The translations under genes and the position numbers were made by a program. A DNA stretch of 64,000 nt from Eledone cirrhosa (lineage: Eukaryota): positions 85,560,001 through 85,624,000 of the forward strand of contig OZ024744.1 of assembly GCA_964016885.1 (NCBI GenBank), given 5' to 3'. The stretch's first letter is position 1, and the number at the start of each line of letters is the position of its first letter. Under the pieces are notes generated by a model. It was given only the letters and a program-made list of their open reading frames with translations, made no database searches and was not told the DNA's origin. Below, piece after piece: positions 56,562 through 64,000 of the stretch.

Positions 56562-56610
56562 TCGCTTACAATTGTTTCTTCCAAACCGAGGTTTGAAGTC
56601 TTCGGAGCAA
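56562..56610 (-). ncRNA. Hammerhead-like motif with CCGAAGA core
   Basis: Minus: ttgct-CCGAAGA-c(ttcaaacc tc ggtttgga)a-GAAA-caattg-TA-agcga. Confidence 0.6.
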
Positions 56611-57727
56611 TTTTTCAATGATTGTTTACATACATGACCTCCTTTTCAACACAAGAGACATACAGAAACATATGTATATATTGACGCACAGTGGGTTGAC
56701 ATCCATTATAATATTTTAGCATGGCAATTTACATTCAAAGATTAAAGTCATATCAAAAGAAAACATTTTATTACATTGAGCTATTTATCTTACTGGTAAT
56801 AAGGTAGTAATAAATTACTTTCTTTCACTATTTAGGTTTAAAATATATATAACTATAAAAGGTTTTAGTATATACATAACCATAAATAGTATCCTTAATA
56901 CTATATATATATGCCTAAGTGGTCGTTTCAAGTCCAAATTTAAGATGGCGTAGCCATCTCAGATTCTCAGATAAAATGTGGATTTATGCAAAAGGTGTCG
57001 AAATTTCGAAAAGTGGAATTGCAAAATATCTGTAGTTTATAGGGAAAATCTGACTTCAGATTTGAATTCAGCACACCCAATTAAGGTAAGCACAAGTACA
57101 AGTATCAATGCAAGAACAGTTTTCTGTCCCTCAGTTATATCCTTCAAAATCTCAAATCGATTTAATTTTTTACTTTTAAGAAAAATAACTTTCCTCTGAC
57201 TTCATACAAAAATTTTGGGCTTAAATAAATGTTGATGTTCACAATACTGTTTATATGAAGAAGATTTAATGAAGTAGGTTGGGCTTATTCAATGTGGTCT
57301 GAGTCAGACTGACAATGTATAGAAAGGCTACAAAAAATTCTGTTCAGAAGTTTCCGAAAATGAAAACGTTTGAAAAATCGCTTTTGATCTATCGTTGCAA
57401 TCACAAGTAACAGTAAAGAAAACGTATACACACATGCACACACTCACACTCACACACACACCCGCACACACACACACACCCGCACACTCACACACACACA
57501 CGCACGAACGCACACACACACACACACCCGCACACTTACACACACACGCACGAACGCACACACGCGCGCATGCACACACACCCCACGCGTACAGACACAA
57601 AAACAAATTCAGTGTTGCCGTCTATACTACTACGCATGTGTACAAATCCGCAGTAAATGAATTCCGAGATATGTACAATGATAATTACTTTGAAAAGTGT
57701 TAGTCAATCCATACAATCTATACTATA

Positions 57728-58185
57728 ATTGTTTCTACTTTAGGCACAAGGCCTGCAAAAACCCAGTGCATTACTGGTACTTTATTTTATCGACCCCGTA
57801 AGGATGAAAGGCAATGTCAATCTATACTATAATAAAGGGAGAAGTCCCGGACTGTGTCATATTTATTTATTTGTATCCCGTTAGTAAAATAAGTTGGATT
57901 ACTATGAATAAATAATTATTTCTATATTTGGCACAAGGCCAGCAATTTATCAGTGCATTACTGGTACTTTATTACTATGAATAAATAATTGTTTCTACTT
58001 GTTTGGTACAAGGCCAGCAATTATCCAAGTGTATTACTGGTACTTTTATTTTATCGACCCCATAGGGATGAAAGGCAAAGTTAATCTCGGCGGGATTTGA
58101 GCTCAGACCATAAAGGGCCGTAACTCTTTGTTGCAAAGCATGGCGTCCGACCCTCTACCGATACTGCCAATCCACCCACCGCCCT
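57728..58185 (-). mobile_element. Cluster of family A SINEs (two truncated, one full-length)
   Basis: Duplications caatctatactataat (57714/57818) and ctatgaataaataat (three copies) at the junctions. Confidence 0.8.
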
Positions 58186-58447
58186 ATGAATAAATAATGA
58201 ATGAATACTATATAATTTATGTATATGTACTAAATTTCATGACATTTGATTAAACATAAATAATATTATGTACAATTTATTAATTATTTCAAGATTCACT
58301 TCTGTTAATAGTTTCAAGTTTCAACACTTCCGTTATATCGCCAACACCACCACAACTACTTATATATATATAGACAGAGCGAGAAAGAGAGGCAGATAGA
58401 TTGAGTGTATATGAAAAAAGAGATACAGATAGATAGAGTGGAAATGT

Positions 58448-58576
<129 letters not shown>

Positions 58577-58681
58577 TGGTTCATGTACAGGTAAAATTTT
58601 GGCCTCATTCGATCCTGTGCTAGCTAGCAGATGGCAATATATTTTGCCGTTCCTGGGACTTTTTGTCCTAGGAAAGGAAAA

Positions 58682-58765
58682 TGCTCTCTGATGATCTTGA
58701 CTTTTCCATTGGAGGTCCCCATGGATTTCTAATGTTTTGTGAAGTGAAACCGATCGGTAAAAGCA
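58682..58765 (+). ncRNA. Type I hammerhead motif with palindromic stem III
   Basis: tgctct-CTGATGA-long stem II-GAAA-ccgatcgg-TA-aaagca. Confidence 0.7.
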
Positions 58766-58844
58766 ACGGTGTAGGTAAATATTTAAATTATATTTTTTAA
58801 TTTATTTTAAAAAATTGTTTGAATTTTGCTTGTTCTGCTTATCT

Positions 58845-58961
<117 letters not shown>

Positions 58962-58968
58962 CATATAT

Positions 58969-59044
<76 letters not shown>

Positions 59045-59052
<8 letters not shown>

Positions 59053-60794
59053 ATACTTTGGGAGGGTCATGTTGCCAATAAGAAACACACGCACCAGTTG
59101 CTTTCACTTCAATTTATTATATATTTATAAATTTATAAATTTACAAATCTACAAACTTATAAATTTCTGGTTGGTTGGTTGGTTCCACAACCAGATAGTT
59201 GTTTATATATATAGTCATAGTCCTTTCGTCACACACTCTGTGACCTCTTCAGTGACTGGGGATTCCTTTCTTCGTTTCTGTGCCTTTTCTTTCTTCTATC
59301 CTACGCCATTTTGTTTCTGTGTGTGTGTTGTGTGCTCAGTTTGCGCATTATGCCAAACCCATGACTTCCAAACATCTGATCCACCGAAACTCGGCCATTT
59401 CGGACCATACCAAAATCAACATACTGATTGCGGATTTGGTACGGGTGATGAGAAATGTGTCCCGCATGTGCAACCCCGAAGAACTAGAGAGACACATACA
59501 ACACTTCATCTACCGTATGCAGTTCTCTGGCTACAATCAGAGAGATAGAATCAGAGTGTATAAAGGAGCCAGAACCAAATGGGAAAAAATGGTAAATAAT
59601 GACATAAATGGGACCTGCCCCTTGTATAGGAGCAAATTTTGGAATAGAATAGAAAGAACTAGGAACAAGGCCAATAAAATAAACTCATGGTATGATAGCA
59701 ATAAATACCAGAGTGTAATGTTCATCAATACAACCCCTAGAGGCGAACTAGCCTACAAATTTAGAAGGGCCCTAAATAAACATAACCTCAATATTAAGAT
59801 AGTAGAAAGACCTGGTACCTCCGTAAAAACACTTATTAGCAAGACATACCCGTTCCAAAGACCCTCATGTATAGATAAGAAATGTATAACTTGTAAAATA
59901 AGCCCCCATATTAACTGTAAAACTAGAAATGTAATGTATAGCATAAGATGTACTGAAGGACAATGTAGAAACAAAAATATAGTGTACATAGGTGAGACAG
60001 CTCGTAGTATAGGGGAACGAATAAATGAACACTGGCGAGACCTCCAAGATAATAAAGAATCATCTGTGCTCTACCAACATGCTAAGATAGAACACAGGGG
60101 TAGATTAGAGAGCATAGAAATAAAAATAGAATCCACGCACAGAAAAGACGCAATGTTTAGGCAAATTACAGAGGCAGTAAGCATAAAAGAATTAAAACCA
60201 AAATTAAATAGAAAATATGAGTGGAACAGCAACATCAGAACTTACAATTAAGGACAAAATGAAAACACACACACACATAGAACAAACAACTTACAATTGA
60301 AAACACACACAAAATGAAAACACACACAGGACAAAATGTAAACACACACACACATAGAACAAACAACCAACCAACAATAAATAAATAAACAAATAGAAAA
60401 ATGAACACAAACACACACAGACACCCGGATGTGGCACATGCGCAAACTGAGCACACAACACACACAGAGAAACAAAATGGCGTAGGATAGAAGAAAGAAA
60501 AGGCACAGAAACGAAGAAAGGAATCCCCAGTCACTGAAGAGGTCACAGAGTGTGTGACGAAAGGACTATGACTATATATATAAACAACTATCTGGTTGTG
60601 GAACCAACCAACCAACCAGAAATTTATAAGTTTGTAGATTTGTAAATTTATAAACTTATAAATATATAATAAATTGAAGTGAAAGCAACTGGTGCGTGTG
60701 TTTCTTATTGGCAACATGACCCTCCCAAAGTATAACAATATCGGTTTCAACACACGATTTCAGATAAAGAATCTTGCTAAACAAATTCAGAAAC

Positions 60795-60800
<6 letters not shown>
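59045..60800 (+). mobile_element. 5'-truncated Penelope-like element with inverted pseudo-LTRs (59045-59348 / 60438-60741)
   Basis: Open frame ~59346-60251: [58 protein letters not shown]; flanked by (AT)n. Confidence 0.93.
60529..60573 (+). ncRNA. Minimal type I hammerhead in PLE pseudo-LTR (inverted copy at 59213-59257)
   Basis: agtca-CTGAAGA-g(gtcaca gagtg tgtgac)-GAAA-ggac-TA-tgact. Confidence 0.82.
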
Positions 60801-60867
<67 letters not shown>

Positions 60868-60979
60868 CAAATAAAACCAAAGATTAATATGGTTCGTCGA
60901 TTACTCAATGAATACAAGTTTACAATAAGTTAACAGCACTCAAGAAAAAAGTTTTCCTGGAGTTTTTATTATTCGAAAT

Positions 60980-62880
60980 ATTAACAAATGAAGGCTATTC
61001 ACATAATCAAAATATATGCTTTATTATATATATTTCAAAGGTACTATGTTTTTTTTCAGTACGTCTTCATCAGACAAAATATATGATTTGATATATGACA
61101 TACCGCTACGATCTTGATTGTTCAATTCCAGTATTGGCAGTGATTTATTTCATCAAATCTCAATGTTTATATACCACAAATAATACGATAAACTTAAAGA
61201 AGAAAAGGACGTAGAGCAAATTAGAGATATGAGAGAGGGAGTAAAGAAGAGAAAAGGCAAGAAAAATATATAAAAACATACATAAATACATACATAAATA
61301 GATAAATGAATAAATGAATAAAGAAGCCAAATTAAAAAAGCCAATTCCTATCAGAACATTTCTATTTCGCCAAATTGCCATCTTTGTAATTTCGAGACTC
61401 TACAGATAATTACAAATTATGACAATTTAATAAACAAAAAAAAAACAAAAAAACGAGTTATTCAGTAGTTGTCACCATAAAATTGGTTAAATTTCCAAGC
61501 ATTGTACAAGTTTCTAAAAAATATTGACAATTAATAATTTAATATATATATATGTTTTTGCCTTATTGTGGTAATAATTTATTCATATTTATATGTATTA
61601 GAATTATTTTATTAAGAGTCTCGTTATCCTATGTTTTGATTAGCACAGTTCAATATCTAACTAGACATCTTTTATGATATTTCCAATAGATGATTTATGG
61701 TTTTCGAAATATCGCGGAATATGTTATAAATGTTTGTATATGGTGAATGAGTTATCTTCCTTTTGTTTACATTGTCCGTAAAATTTCCTTCCTTTTGTCT
61801 AGCTTGCTGAATTATATTAGTTTTGAAATATGTAGACTAATAATATACAGACTATCATTAAAATGAAACTATATAAATAAGTAAATACAGAAGTAAATAT
61901 AACCTTTCATTAAATTAATGAAATTAAACTTTTGAGAGTAAATATAACTGCAGTTTAATTTTAGAAATTAAATGAAAATTAAAGAATAGTGAAGATTTTA
62001 TAAAGAGAATATCATAATTAAATAATTTGAGTAATATATGATCTAAATATATTATATGTATTGATGGTGACTTATGCATGGTATTAGATTTTAATACATA
62101 TTTAATAATTATTTAAATACGCTTTAAAGATTAATTCTTTTAAAGATGTAACTAAATATTTATAGAATATCTTACCTTAAAATTAAAAATAATAATCTAT
62201 AATGAGTTAAATTAAAGTATATAAATTTTAATTAAACTATATACGTGATTGCTATAGAAAATAATCTATACTGATTAATTTTGATATAATATATAAGTAT
62301 AATTAGCTAAAGCATAATCAAATACTAAAGATATTCAATTGTTTAGTTGAATTGATTGGATGTCCTATTGATCCAGTATTTGAAAACAACGGTTTTTTTC
62401 TATATCCCCCTCTATTTGATGTTTCCTTTATTTTCTTTATTTTCTTTACCCTCTTCTGTTCCCCTTACTTTCCTTACACCTTCCCTCTTTTGTCGTTATT
62501 CCTCAATTCTTTTTTATATATTTCTTTTGGTCATTCATCCTTTTATTTTTTATTTTTTATTCATTTATCTATTTATGTATGTATTTATGTATGAATTTAT
62601 TTATTTTTTCTTGCCTTTCCTCTTCTTTACTCCCTCTCTCATATCTCTAATTTGCTCTACGTCCTTTTCTTCTTTAAGTTTATCATATTATTTGTGGTAT
62701 ATAAACATTGAGATTTAATGAAATTAATCACTGCCATTACTGGAATTGTATGTCATATATCAAATCATATATTTTATCTGAAGAAAACGTACTGAAAAAA
62801 CAACACAGTACCTTTGAAAAATATATAATAAAGTACATATTTTGATTATGAGAATATTTTTCATTTGTTAATATTTTGAA
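60980..62880 (+). mobile_element. Heavily truncated PLE: GIY-YIG C-terminal tail, long AT-rich 3' region, inverted pseudo-LTRs (~60980-61322 / 62560-62880) each with an HHR
   Basis: NCHLCNFETLQII..NELFSSCHHK at ~61370-61480; HHR cores at 61018-61080 (-) and 62771-62833 (+). Confidence 0.7.
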
Positions 62881-63483
62881 TAATATATGTATATATATAT
62901 ATAACACGCTGACGCGTATGTGTGTGTGCGTGTGTGTATGTGCATATACATACATTTATATGTATGAGTATATGACTATATACTCATATATATGTGCCGT
63001 TAATCCTGTTGTCCGATGCCCTACCGACACTGTCAATCCTTCACCATCACAATTTACTTAACAATGCATACTTTGTCGAGGTACAATTCGGAATATGCCA
63101 ATTACGATTATCGCAAAAAAAAAAAAAAAAATACCATGATGGAGAAATATATCGAATTTAAGTTAACATAGTTACAAATACAGATCGAAGGTATATAGTA
63201 ATGAAAGCATTAACAAACTGCAGTATTCAATAATAAGACAGGAAATACATTTTTTTTAAAATTTCATCTCTGTAATTTTATGAGATGATGAAGCGAAAAG
63301 ATAAATATATAGTGGATGAATTACGCGGAGTAAATAAAGCGTGGATAAATAAATAAATAAATAAAGAAATAGTAATAACCGGAGAATTTTATCTAATGTT
63401 TAAATTTGATTAAATGTTTAATTTATTAATTAAATTATTGAGATCTATAAATTAAAAATTGAGATCTATATATTATTAAAAGA

Positions 63484-63568
<85 letters not shown>

Positions 63569-63865
63569 CAAAAAATATTATTAAAATATGTTATTATTAC
63601 ATAACCATATATAAATTTATTATTAATCATCAACCAACAATTAATTATTAATTTTTCAATTAATTAACAATAAAAATTATAAGAAATAATAAAAATAAAA
63701 AAAGTTATATATATTTATAAATATAGTTTATAAAATTTTATATATATTTATAAATATAGTTTCCATTTGTTAATATATTGTATTTTTACTCCAAAGATTT
63801 GTTGAGTGCTTTATATTAGTTATAAAAATATTTGCTTGTTGTATCCCAACAAATTAAATATAACT

Positions 63866-63938
<73 letters not shown>

Positions 63939-64000
63939 GTAAGGAAAAGCAATCGAAAATGCAACTGGAGTCTTTTAAGAATATTTATTTGTTTCTTTTA

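Overview
This is AT-rich, repeat-saturated eukaryotic DNA. The SINE types and very long (AT)n/(AC)n/(ACC)n tracts resemble an octopus or other cephalopod genome (inference). I found no intact host gene, only a few weak candidate exons. The window is a mosaic of decayed retroelements and DNA transposons: Penelope-like elements (PLEs, RT + GIY-YIG), L1/Tx1, CR1/L2-like, RTE with C-terminal C2H2 fingers, tRNA-derived SINEs, and hAT-like and Chapaev-like transposases. Most ORFs in the track are microsatellite artefacts. The main hidden layer is non-coding: about 35 type I hammerhead ribozyme (HHR)-like motifs can be read by eye. Some sit in PLE pseudo-LTRs, others in ORF-less retrozyme-like units. 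The two best systems are (i) two diverged tandem arrays of ~317-327 nt units (29985-31423, 48675-50043), whose HHR has a compensatory U3-A8 core (UUGAUAA) with covarying stems, and (ii) a ~438 nt HHR unit present as circularly permuted copies (2921-3258, 27385-27843, 51481-52008). Both look like genomic footprints of small self-cleaving circular RNAs mobilised by PLE machinery. Family assignments are from remembered motifs, not database searches, and element boundaries are approximate.
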